64,000 bases of DNA from Clostridia bacterium. Its GTDB lineage: Bacteria > Bacillota > Clostridia > TANB77 > CAG-508. The notes beneath the pieces were generated by a model that saw only the letters and a list, made by a program, of their open reading frames with translations, did no database searches and was not told the origin of the DNA. Positions 1 through 8,509 of the stretch are shown piece after piece; within the stretch, counting starts at the first letter, position 1, and each line of letters opens with the position of its first letter. The stretch spans positions 77,482 through 141,481 of the forward strand of contig JAZUKI010000010.1 of assembly GCA_045643205.1 (NCBI GenBank). Reading direction: 5' to 3'. The translations under genes were made by a program, and so were the position numbers.

Positions 1-1449
1 GTTAGATCTGGACATTGTGAATTACAAAATTTAGCTAACAGATATCATATAGATAAAATTAAATATGAAGGTGCTCGTTCAAAAGTTGGTGTTGATGACA
101 AATCACCATCACTTGTAAGAGATTATGAAAAATGTATTCTTTGTGGAAGATGCGTTGCAACTTGTACAAAGATTCAAAACATAGGAGCAATAAATAATAC
201 TGGACGTGGCTTTGATTCATATATAGGAACAGCTGAAGATTTAAGTATTGATGATGTTGATTGTACATTCTGTGGACAATGTATTGAGGCTTGTCCAACA
301 GGTGCACTTCGCGAAAAAGATGATACAAAAAAAGTTTGGGATGCTTTAAATGATCCAGATAAATATGTTGTTGTTCAAACAGCACCAGCAGTTAGAGTTG
401 CAATTGGCGAAGAATTTGGAATGCCAATTGGAACAAATGCAAAAGGAAAAATGGTAACAGCATTAAAGAGATTGGGATTTGATAAAGTGTTTGATACAAA
501 TACAGCAGCAGATGTAACTATTCTTGAAGAAGCAACAGAATTTATTGAAAGAGCAACAAATAGTGGAGTACTTCCAATGATTACATCTTGTTCTCCAGGA
601 TGGATTAGATTTGCAGAGAAAAATTTCCCGGATCAATTAGATCATTTATCAAGTTGTAAATCACCACAAATGATGTTTGGAGCACTTATAAAATCATTCT
701 ATGCTAAATTCTTTAAGATAGATCCAAGCAAGATTTATACTGTTTCAGTAATGCCTTGTATTGCTAAGAAATTTGAATGTCAAAGAGAAGAAATGCAAGT
801 TGATGGATTAAGAGATGTTGACGCAGTTATTACAACAAGAGAACTTGCAAGAATGATTAGACAAAGAGATTTAGATTTTGCAAATCTTGAAGATTCAGTA
901 TTTGATGATCCAATGGGAGAAGCTAGTGGTGCTGGAGCAATATTTGGTACAACAGGTGGAGTTATGGAAGCAGCATTAAGAACAGCAGCCGATTGGATTG
1001 AAGAAAAAGACCTAGATAAATTTGAATATCAAGAAGTTAGAGGCGAAAAAGGAATCAAGGAAGCAAGTGTTACACTTGGTGGAAAAGAATACAAAATCTG
1101 TGTTGCATCAGGCTTGGGAAATGCTAGAAAACTTCTAAATGATATTAGAGATGGTAAATCACCATATCACTTTATTGAAATTATGGCTTGCCCAGGTGGA
1201 TGTGTAATGGGTGGTGGACAACCTATCAAAGATAGCAAAACAAGAGCAACAGTTGATATTAGAGGATTAAGAGCAAATGCTTTATATGATATAGATGAGA
1301 AGAGCACAATTAGAAAATCTCATTTAAATCCAAATGTTAAAGCTATATATGATGAGTATTTAGGAAAGCCAGGTGGAGAACTTTCACACAAATACTTACA
1401 TACTCATTATCAAAAAGAAGAAAAATACAATATATCTTTTGATGACTAA
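1..1449 (+). CDS. hydA: [FeFe]-hydrogenase catalytic subunit, 5'-truncated by the window edge
   Basis: Frame 1 is open from nt 1. Two ferredoxin-like CxxCxxCxxxC(P) motifs (CILCGRCVATC, CTFCGQCIEACP). H-cluster motifs L2 MPCIAKKFE and L3 EIMACPGGCVMGGGQP. L1 reads TSCSPGW rather than TSCCPxW. Confidence 0.9.
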   Translation, partial: VRSGHCELQNLANRYHIDKIKYEGARSKVGVDDKSPSLVRDYEKCILCGRCVATCTKIQNIGAINNTGRGFDSYIGTAEDLSIDDVDCTFCGQCIEACPTGALREKDDTKKVWDALNDPDKYVVVQTAPAVRVAIGEEFGMPIGTNAKGKMVTALKRLGFDKVFDTNTAADVTILEEATEFIERATNSGVLPMITSCSPGWIRFAEKNFPDQLDHLSSCKSPQMMFGALIKSFYAKFFKIDPSKIYTVSVMPCIAKKFECQREEMQVDGLRDVDAVITTRELARMIRQRDLDFANLEDSVFDDPMGEASGAGAIFGTTGGVMEAALRTAADWIEEKDLDKFEYQEVRGEKGIKEASVTLGGKEYKICVASGLGNARKLLNDIRDGKSPYHFIEIMACPGGCVMGGGQPIKDSKTRATVDIRGLRANALYDIDEKSTIRKSHLNPNVKAIYDEYLGKPGGELSHKYLHTHYQKEEKYNISFDD

Positions 1450-1494
1450 TATAAAATAAGATTAATTGGATGACTAATATTAAATAAGGTTAAT
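1441..1494. repeat. two imperfect 26-nt direct repeats (gatgactaatat[a/t]aaataag[a/g]ttaat); the first overlaps the hydA stop codon
   Basis: Direct reading: 1441-1466 and 1469-1494, about 23/26 identical. Confidence 0.5.
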
Positions 1495-1570
1495 CTGTAA
1501 TGTAAAATATGAATTTGCTAAAAATTTATTTAATACTTTACAAATTAATCTATAAATAGAGGACTAATTT

Positions 1571-1981
1571 ATGGAATATGAATTTGAAGTAATCGGAAAG
1601 ATTGTAGGCAAAGAACGTCCAAGAATTAATCTTTATTCTGGGATGGTTTACACACCAACAAAGACTAAAGATTATGAAACACTTGTACAACAATATTTTA
1701 AAATGAAATATCCTAATTTTACTGAATTAACAGGAAGAGTAGGTATTGATATTGTTGCATACTTAAGCATACCTAAAACAACGCCAAAGAAGAATATACC
1801 AGATATGTTAGAAAACAAAGTTAGCCCTACAAAGAAACCTGATATTGATAATATAGCAAAATCTATATTGGACAGTATGAATAAATTTATAATTCATGAT
1901 GATAATCAAGTTAGCAAAATATCTGTTGAAAAACGATATGGAGAAGAAGAAAAGGTTTGCATTAGAATTTATGAATATTAA
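1571..1981 (+). CDS. rusA: RusA-family Holliday junction resolvase (phage-type crossover junction endodeoxyribonuclease)
   Basis: 136 aa. GKERPR motif near the N-terminus. Acidic catalytic cluster DIDNIAKSILDSMN...IHDDNQV typical of RusA. RBS-like ggactaa precedes the ATG. Confidence 0.7.
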   Translation: MEYEFEVIGKIVGKERPRINLYSGMVYTPTKTKDYETLVQQYFKMKYPNFTELTGRVGIDIVAYLSIPKTTPKKNIPDMLENKVSPTKKPDIDNIAKSILDSMNKFIIHDDNQVSKISVEKRYGEEEKVCIRIYEY

Positions 1982-2058
1982 ATAGAAACATTTATATCAA
2001 AGCATTAAACGCTAAAAATATTTATATTTAAGAAATAAATGTTAATAGAAAGGAAAAA

Positions 2059-2817
2059 ATGAAGAAACTTTTTAAAATTTTACTTATCCTTATAATATTA
2101 ATAATCTTAGTAATTGGAGTAGGAGTAGGTATTTTTGCAATAAATGGGTATCAAGACTATAAAAGTGTTATAGATAAAATACCACTTAGTTCAAAAGTAT
2201 ATGACCTTCAAAGCAAAACATCATATGTAAAATATGGAGATATAAGCAAAGACTATTTTAATGCAGTAGTTGCTGTTGAAGATGAAAGATATTGGAATCA
2301 TGGAGCAATAGACTTTAAAAGTATAGCAAGAGCAATATTATCAAATATAAATAAAGGTAAATATACAGAAGGCGCAAGTACAATTACAATGCAAGTAGCT
2401 AAAAATTATTACTTTATGGAAGATGGTGGACTAACTGCTCATGAAAGAAAAGGAGCAGAAATATTTATAGCTTTTGATTTGCAAAATAGTTATTCTAAAG
2501 AAGAAATTCTTGAAATGTATGCAAATATGATTTACTTTGGAGCAGGATATACAGGAATAAAAGATGCTGCACAAGGATATTTTAAGAAAGATCCTAAAGA
2601 TTTAAATCTTGCCGAAAGTATAATGCTAGCGGGTGTTCCTAATGCACCTAGTTTATATTCACCAAAAGTAAATAAAGACCTTTGCAAGTCAAGAATGGGA
2701 AAAGTTATTAGATCAATGGTAAGCAACAAATATATAACTCAAGAAGAAGCGGATCAAATAGATATGTCTTTTATAGATGAAATATATGAAAAGAGCAATT
2801 TGAAGCAAGAAAACTAA
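2059..2817 (+). CDS. monofunctional peptidoglycan glycosyltransferase (GT51 transglycosylase), membrane-anchored
   Basis: N-terminal TM helix. GT51 motifs EDERYWNHGAID, GASTITMQVAKN, RKGAEIFIAFDLQ. RBS aaaggaaaaaATG. Confidence 0.8.
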   Translation: MKKLFKILLILIILIILVIGVGVGIFAINGYQDYKSVIDKIPLSSKVYDLQSKTSYVKYGDISKDYFNAVVAVEDERYWNHGAIDFKSIARAILSNINKGKYTEGASTITMQVAKNYYFMEDGGLTAHERKGAEIFIAFDLQNSYSKEEILEMYANMIYFGAGYTGIKDAAQGYFKKDPKDLNLAESIMLAGVPNAPSLYSPKVNKDLCKSRMGKVIRSMVSNKYITQEEADQIDMSFIDEIYEKSNLKQEN

Positions 2818-2877
2818 AATAAAAAATGACTTAGAAGAAACAATAATTAATATAGAAAAATATTAATGAAAGAGGAA

Positions 2878-2905
2878 AATCAAGAATAACAAACGTTATT
2901 CTTGA
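2878..2905 (+). terminator. hairpin AATCAAGAATAAC-aaa-GTTATTCTTGAT after the GT51 gene (no strong T-tract)
   Basis: 13-bp perfect inverted repeat seen in the sequence, followed by A/T-rich sequence. Confidence 0.35.
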
Positions 2906-2942
2906 TAAAATCCTTAAATTTTGATATCATAAACAAAGTGAT

Positions 2943-3016
2943 GTGGGTGTAGTTCAACGGCTAGAACGTAAGGCTCCGAACCTATAATCCGGGTTCGATT
3001 CCCGGTACCCACTCCA
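2943..3016 (+). tRNA. tRNA, probable tRNA-Arg (anticodon CCG) with encoded CCA
   Basis: Cloverleaf read by eye: acceptor GTGGGTG/TACCCAC, D-arm GTTC-AACGGCTA-GAAC, anticodon loop CTCCGAA (T33, A37), T-arm CCGGG-TTCGATT-CCCGG, discriminator T plus CCA. The top two pairs of the anticodon stem are mismatched (T.T, A.A) and the variable loop is only 3 nt. Confidence 0.65.
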
Positions 3017-3029
3017 ATATTATAAAAAA

Positions 3030-3058
3030 TAAGTCAAGTTAATCGACTTATTTTTTTT
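3030..3058 (+). terminator. rho-independent terminator after the tRNA
   Basis: Stem TAAGTC, loop aagttaatc, stem GACTTA, followed by T8. Confidence 0.7.
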
Positions 3059-3226
3059 GCTCACCCCCTGAAGAGAGCAAAATTTAGCCCTAAATAAATG
3101 AAAAAAGTTTACATAACGCCAAATTAACAAAATTTTAATACTTTCTTGAAACACTTATAAAACCTAGAAAAGTACAAAAAATAATGGCAAAAAGTGGAAA
3201 AAAGACACAAAAAAGCGATACATTTT

Positions 3227-3255
3227 TTGCATTTTTTATAAAATCATGGTATAAT
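3227..3255 (+). promoter_or_regulatory. sigma-A-like promoter TTGCAT-N17-TATAAT with a TG extended -10
   Basis: Direct reading; located about 65 nt upstream of the 3323 CDS. Confidence 0.55.
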
Positions 3256-3322
3256 TAACGATGTTGGCAAAATAAATAGTGACAATTCAGTGACAAGAAA
3301 GGAATTTAAGAGAATTTAATAT

Positions 3323-4129
3323 ATGTTAAACGATAGTAAGGACGGTACAAATATTAAGCTTTTAGCTACTATTGGTGTTATGGCTTTTATTTCAATAATA
3401 GCTTTTACTTGTATCTATTCATTAACTACTACTTCAAAACAAGCAAAACTAGCGGAGGTTAATGAAGAAACGTCAAATTCAAGCAGCGAGGTTCTTTCTG
3501 AAAACAATATAACAGTTTCAGAAAGAGAGGCAAACATTACATCAAGATCAAGTTTTGAAGGAAGAATGAATGAAGCTACTTCAAATACTGAGACAATAGC
3601 TGAAGATGATTCAGCAATTGCTAAGTCATTAGCAGACACAATTGAAAAAGGTATTGATGATTTAAAATACATTTCAATTGATGAGGTTAAGATTTCATCA
3701 GATATGGATATTACACAATTTTGTGGATTATCTAAAGATGATTTCATTAAGCTTATTTCAGATTGTAAAGCAGATACAACAGGATGGTTTGAAAACCATG
3801 CAGGAAAAATATATGATTTATGTCATAAATATCAATTAAACGAAATCTTTTTCTGTGGATTAATTTCAGCAGAATCAGGTTGGAACATAGCTTCAAACCA
3901 TAGATCTACAAATAACTTTATTAGTTTAATGTCAAATGGTAGATTAATAAGATATAGCTCAGAAGATGAAGGACTAGAAGTTGCAGCAAAAACATTACAT
4001 AAAAACTACTTATCAAAAGGTGGATCATTTTATTATGGTAAAACATTATCTGCAATGAATACTAAGTTCTGTGGATCAGCTTCATGGGTTGGTTTAGTTT
4101 ATGGTCGAATGAAACAAATAGTTAAATAA
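3323..4129 (+). CDS. membrane-anchored protein with a C-terminal GH73-like (FlgJ-type N-acetylglucosaminidase) domain and a Ser/Glu-rich linker
   Basis: N-terminal TM helix. The C-terminus (FFCGLISAESGWN...NNFISL...LIRYSSEDEGLEVAAKTL) follows the glucosaminidase-domain pattern AQAALESGWG...NNLFGI...F+KY.S.eeSi.dya. Confidence 0.55.
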   Translation: MLNDSKDGTNIKLLATIGVMAFISIIAFTCIYSLTTTSKQAKLAEVNEETSNSSSEVLSENNITVSEREANITSRSSFEGRMNEATSNTETIAEDDSAIAKSLADTIEKGIDDLKYISIDEVKISSDMDITQFCGLSKDDFIKLISDCKADTTGWFENHAGKIYDLCHKYQLNEIFFCGLISAESGWNIASNHRSTNNFISLMSNGRLIRYSSEDEGLEVAAKTLHKNYLSKGGSFYYGKTLSAMNTKFCGSASWVGLVYGRMKQIVK

Positions 4130-4134
4130 AATTT

Positions 4135-4176
4135 AAGTGCTTAAACTCTAAAACTAGAGAATAAGCACTTTTTTAT
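4135..4176 (+). terminator. rho-independent terminator
   Basis: Stem AAGTGCTTA ... TAAGCACTT with an inner CTCTA/TAGAG hairpin, then a T-tract. Confidence 0.7.
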
Positions 4177-4204
4177 TGCCTAAATTGTTAAAATATGGTA
4201 TAAT
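4176..4204 (+). promoter_or_regulatory. sigma-A-like promoter TTGCCT-N17-TATAAT (TG extended -10)
   Basis: Direct reading; about 35 nt upstream of the 4241 start, with RBS aaaggagaaaatATG. Confidence 0.55.
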
Positions 4205-4240
4205 TATTGTATGTTTGTGTAAATAAAAAAAGGAGAAAAT

Positions 4241-7200
4241 ATGGACGTAAAAGACTATAGAGAAATAACTAAAAGTTATTTTAAAAGAGAAAACTTTGCT
4301 ATGAGCGCAAAAGAAGACAAAGATAAAGAGATGGATAGTAAAATATTGGATTGCATTATTAGAGAGCAACCACTAATAGGTATGTCTGTCTATGAATTTA
4401 TGCTTAAAGACTCTTTATATGTTTTAAATTCAATATATCCAAATGTTTCTTCAGAAGATGCAAGCAACTTAGATAGAAGAATATCAAAGCACCTTGAAAA
4501 TAATATGGATAGAACTAGGGATGAAAAACTAGCAATATTAGAAAAAATGCTTAAAGAAAATAAAAACAAAATAGATTATAGACGATTACTATTAAATACC
4601 GTTGTAAGTTTCAGGGGTGCTATTGAATATGCAAAAGCAGAAGGAAGTAGTAATAGTAAAATACAGAAAATTGAAATGCTTAGAAAAGAAACAATAGAAA
4701 GAATCAGACCATTTAGACCTACAACTGAGGATCCTGAAGTATATATGACTGGTCCAGGACAAAAAGAAGATCAAGTTGTTATTACTTATAGCAACTGGGA
4801 TGAAGTAGTTAATGGTAAACCTAGCAAAAATGATGTTGATGTAGGATTAAATGAAAATGAAAAAAAACAAGTAGAAGACTTTTTTGATTTTGAAGATATA
4901 AGAGTAATACCTGAAGGTTATGAATGTGCAAGTAATGTTGATAATTATATGGCATATTCACTTGAAAAAGTGGAAAAAATTGATAATACAATTAAAGTAT
5001 CTGATGCAAATGTCATAATAAGAAGTATTATGAAACAACCTGAATATAGAAGAGCAATTTCTCCTGAAAAATATCATTTTATTGCTTTATATAGAATGCT
5101 AGAATTTATTGAAAGTTATGTTATGCTAGAGAATGATGAAACATTTAAAAAATTAAAAGATAAAACAGGCGCTTTAAAACTTACAAGAAAGCTTCAAGAG
5201 TTAGTAAATAATGACGCTAAAGAAGGCAAACGAGTAGATGAACCTTTCATACTTTTTATGGATGCACATAGAATAGAAACAAAATATAAATATAATACTT
5301 CAATAGTAGCGGATTATGATAAAATCAATCAAGACTATGAACTTAGTAAAGATAGAATATATGGATGTATCGATAGGTTAACAATAGAAAATATTAAAGA
5401 CTTTTATGATGGAATAACAGATGAATTTGAGAAAAAGATGATAAGAAGTGATCCAATGTCATTAATAGATTTATATCAAGAAGGCATAATACCATTAACA
5501 GAATTTATTATAAATATGAATATATTAGATGGAAAAGAACAATTTTCAATAATTAATAAAGCTTGGGACAAAAAAGTAATAAAAGAACAAGATTTAAAAC
5601 TTATAATAGAAGTAATGAGCAAATTAGATGCAGAAATAAAATTAATAAGCAAAGCAGATAAAGAAAAATATATAAACAGACTAGAGAATATAGTAAATGC
5701 AAAGATATTCAAAGAAAGAAGCAAAGAATTTAGTTTAAATGAAATAGAAGCAATGAGACAACGCTTTGAAGAAAAAGATTATTCTAAAAATCAAGTATTT
5801 GATGAATTATTATTAGCAGGAATTATAAATCAAGATTTATTAATTGAAAAATATTATGATGGAATGATTAAAGCAGAAGACTTAATCAATTTTACTAAGT
5901 ACATTGAAAATAATGAAAAAATTAAAGATTTAGTTGATTATTCAAAGATTAAATTTGATTCAAAAGTTTTAAGCCAAGTGTATATTCAATTAAATTTAAA
6001 AAATATTGTAAATTCTTTAGTAAATAAAGAACATTTTGACAAAAAAGAATTATCTGAATTCTTTGCAACAAGACCATATATAATTAGAAATTGTACACCA
6101 GAACAATTAAAAGAATTTCAGAAAATATTAAAATTACAAACAGAATTATTACAAAAATCAGATGATAAAATGCAAAAAGAATTTATGGAAACACTTGAAG
6201 ATGTTGCATGTGTACATGGAGTTACATATGATTTATTTAGTAAAGGAGTTATATCTAGATATATTGCAGAACAATATGGTGGAACAGAGTTTATAAAGCA
6301 ATATCAAAAAACTCAATTGATAGATGGATTGAGATATAATGATTTATCAAGTGTTAAAAATTTAATTAATGCTTATAACCATGGAAGAATAGATTTAAGT
6401 AAAATTTTGAAAAAATACACTGAAGGAGAAATACCATCAGAAATCTATTTTGCATTTAAAGAAAACAGAGATATGACAGGTGCTGTTGATAAAGATTATC
6501 TTATTGGTTTATATGATAAATACGCTAAGACAGGTAAATCAGCTGATTTAGAAAAACTTGAAAAATATTATAAAGAGTTTACTAGTATTGAAAAAGATGA
6601 AAAAGTTTTAGCAGAAATAGATAAAAAACAAGTAGAATTAATATCTGCAAAGAAAAGTAATAAATCTAATATTGTAACAATGGCTAGAAGTGGAGTTATC
6701 AATAAAGAAAATATTGCTCAAATGGATCTTGCAACAGTTGCAGAATTAATTATGTCAGGCAACACATTAAATAGAGAGACTGCTAAAGAATTATTTAGAG
6801 ATATTAATGGTACTACAACAAAGAGAGATAAATTAGAAGAATTATTCAAAATGGGAATATTAACTCAAGATGAAATGTTCACAATTCTTGCTAATGTTTA
6901 TGTAGGAAATAAAGAGAGTGAAGAGAAGCAACAAGAAATTGATGCAGATAATATGAACTATTTCTTTGATAAAAATTATTTTGAATCTGAATATGATGAA
7001 ATAATTATAAGAAACGAACCAACAAGGCATAATAGAAAAAATGTAGGAACATTAAGAAACGAACAACAAAGATTTCCTATTAAGGATAGAGTTGAATTTT
7101 TATATTCATTAGATACAAAGGAATCAGTTAACTACAAAGCTGGTCCTGCATTAATTATTCAATTACCAGAAAAAAATAAAGTAATTATTGAAACATTAGG

Positions 7201-7525
7201 AACACCAAGTAAAGATGGTACAGGAACATTATCAGATTTAACTAACCATTGCACATATATTGTTTCTAAAGATGAATTTGAAAATATTAAGGCAGAAATA
7301 TTTGAAGAAAAAGAAGCTGTAATTAAAGCGAAGAGAAAAGAAGTTGAAAGCGTATTAAAGTATAGCAAACTTATAGAGATATATAACAACTATGGTAAAG
7401 AACTTGGAATAAGAAGATTTAGACATAATAAACATTGGCAATCATCCTTATTGAAATATTTTGATACAAGTGAAACTTTAGGTGGAATTCAAGACATACA
7501 AGAAAGTAAAGATATAATTGATTAA
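4241..7525 (+). CDS. hypothetical large cytoplasmic protein (1094 aa), K/E-rich, no recognisable domain
   Basis: Long ORF with a good RBS and its own promoter and terminator context. No TM segment, no P-loop, no nuclease or other catalytic motif recognised by eye. Confidence 0.75.
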   Translation: MDVKDYREITKSYFKRENFAMSAKEDKDKEMDSKILDCIIREQPLIGMSVYEFMLKDSLYVLNSIYPNVSSEDASNLDRRISKHLENNMDRTRDEKLAILEKMLKENKNKIDYRRLLLNTVVSFRGAIEYAKAEGSSNSKIQKIEMLRKETIERIRPFRPTTEDPEVYMTGPGQKEDQVVITYSNWDEVVNGKPSKNDVDVGLNENEKKQVEDFFDFEDIRVIPEGYECASNVDNYMAYSLEKVEKIDNTIKVSDANVIIRSIMKQPEYRRAISPEKYHFIALYRMLEFIESYVMLENDETFKKLKDKTGALKLTRKLQELVNNDAKEGKRVDEPFILFMDAHRIETKYKYNTSIVADYDKINQDYELSKDRIYGCIDRLTIENIKDFYDGITDEFEKKMIRSDPMSLIDLYQEGIIPLTEFIINMNILDGKEQFSIINKAWDKKVIKEQDLKLIIEVMSKLDAEIKLISKADKEKYINRLENIVNAKIFKERSKEFSLNEIEAMRQRFEEKDYSKNQVFDELLLAGIINQDLLIEKYYDGMIKAEDLINFTKYIENNEKIKDLVDYSKIKFDSKVLSQVYIQLNLKNIVNSLVNKEHFDKKELSEFFATRPYIIRNCTPEQLKEFQKILKLQTELLQKSDDKMQKEFMETLEDVACVHGVTYDLFSKGVISRYIAEQYGGTEFIKQYQKTQLIDGLRYNDLSSVKNLINAYNHGRIDLSKILKKYTEGEIPSEIYFAFKENRDMTGAVDKDYLIGLYDKYAKTGKSADLEKLEKYYKEFTSIEKDEKVLAEIDKKQVELISAKKSNKSNIVTMARSGVINKENIAQMDLATVAELIMSGNTLNRETAKELFRDINGTTTKRDKLEELFKMGILTQDEMFTILANVYVGNKESEEKQQEIDADNMNYFFDKNYFESEYDEIIIRNEPTRHNRKNVGTLRNEQQRFPIKDRVEFLYSLDTKESVNYKAGPALIIQLPEKNKVIIETLGTPSKDGTGTLSDLTNHCTYIVSKDEFENIKAEIFEEKEAVIKAKRKEVESVLKYSKLIEIYNNYGKELGIRRFRHNKHWQSSLLKYFDTSETLGGIQDIQESKDIID

Positions 7526-7659
7526 TTTAAAATTTATTAAAAATTATAATTGATATTATAGTTAACAATATAAAGTATCTAATTGATTAATTGTAATTTT
7601 CTATTGAAAATTAAAGGGTTTTATGAAAAAATATATAAAGATTAACTAAGGAGAAAATA

Positions 7660-8433
7660 ATGAATAAACTATTGATAAAAATTATTGAGAGTTTTAATAG
7701 CAATGAAGAAGCTTTTAAAAAGGCAATTGCAGAAGACGAAATCAATTGTGATTTTAATTTGAAAAAAGCAACTGACATTATTGCTGCATATGATAATTTT
7801 AAACAAAGTACTTTAAACTTAAGATTAATTGCTATTACGAATGGTAATCCATATACAACTATAGTTCTATGCTTACAATCAATTCTTAACAAATCAAAAA
7901 TTACAATATGTACAAATAATGTTATGAATTCATTAAATAGCACTATAGTAAAAATTATTGCTGAGGCTTGCTCAAAGATTAATAAGCCTGAATTCTCGAA
8001 TAGATTATCAGTAGAAGATTTAGCAAATTATGCTTCTAACTATCCTAGAATGAGTATAATGGTCGCAGATGATATACCTGAGTATACACAATTACTAAAA
8101 TTAAAGTTACCAGTAAGATATGTTCCAGTATTTTCATTAGACTTATTTTATGATTCAAATGATTTTTCTAGTTCTGTTAATACTATCGATATATATTGTG
8201 ATAAACATTATATAAATTTAAATATTATTTCTGATGCTAATTTAGAGAAACTTTTAATAAAAGAAAGTAAGGAAATATCAAGTAGATCAGTACTAATTTT
8301 AACTTCTGATACAAGTAAGTTTGAAGGAGTAAAAAAAGAATTAGATTCGAAAATTGTTTATATGAATTTTAATCCGTTTGATATTTATGAAAAAGAAATA
8401 GTTGATCAAATCATAGCAACAAAACCTTATTAA
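7660..8433 (+). CDS. hypothetical protein (257 aa)
   Basis: ORF with RBS aaggagaaaataATG. No recognisable motif. Confidence 0.65.
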   Translation: MNKLLIKIIESFNSNEEAFKKAIAEDEINCDFNLKKATDIIAAYDNFKQSTLNLRLIAITNGNPYTTIVLCLQSILNKSKITICTNNVMNSLNSTIVKIIAEACSKINKPEFSNRLSVEDLANYASNYPRMSIMVADDIPEYTQLLKLKLPVRYVPVFSLDLFYDSNDFSSSVNTIDIYCDKHYINLNIISDANLEKLLIKESKEISSRSVLILTSDTSKFEGVKKELDSKIVYMNFNPFDIYEKEIVDQIIATKPY

Positions 8434-8440
8434 TAAAGAA

Positions 8441-8468
8441 TAAAAAATAAAAAATAAAAAATAAAAAT
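8441..8468. repeat. (AATAAAA)x4 heptanucleotide tandem repeat
   Basis: Direct reading; it forms the A-tract side of the adjacent bidirectional terminator. Confidence 0.6.
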
Positions 8469-8505
8469 AGCAGATATACAATATGTTTATCTGCTATTTT
8501 TTTTA
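8469..8505. terminator. bidirectional rho-independent terminator between convergent genes
   Basis: Stem AGCAGATA, loop tacaatatgtt, stem TATCTGCT, flanked by an A-run on the left and T9 on the right. Confidence 0.7.
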
Positions 8506-8509
8506 TTTA

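Noticed and set aside
59-385. Minus-strand 108-aa ORF, and many other short antisense ORFs in the supplied track (e.g. 2532-2729, 3415-3747, 4154-4369, 9478-9663, 21755-22367, 36329-36865, 37556-37861, 40627-40941)
   Set aside because: All lie entirely inside well-supported genes on the opposite strand. They have low-complexity, hydrophobic or Ile/Leu/Phe-rich translations typical of AT-rich antisense frames, and have no RBS or promoter.
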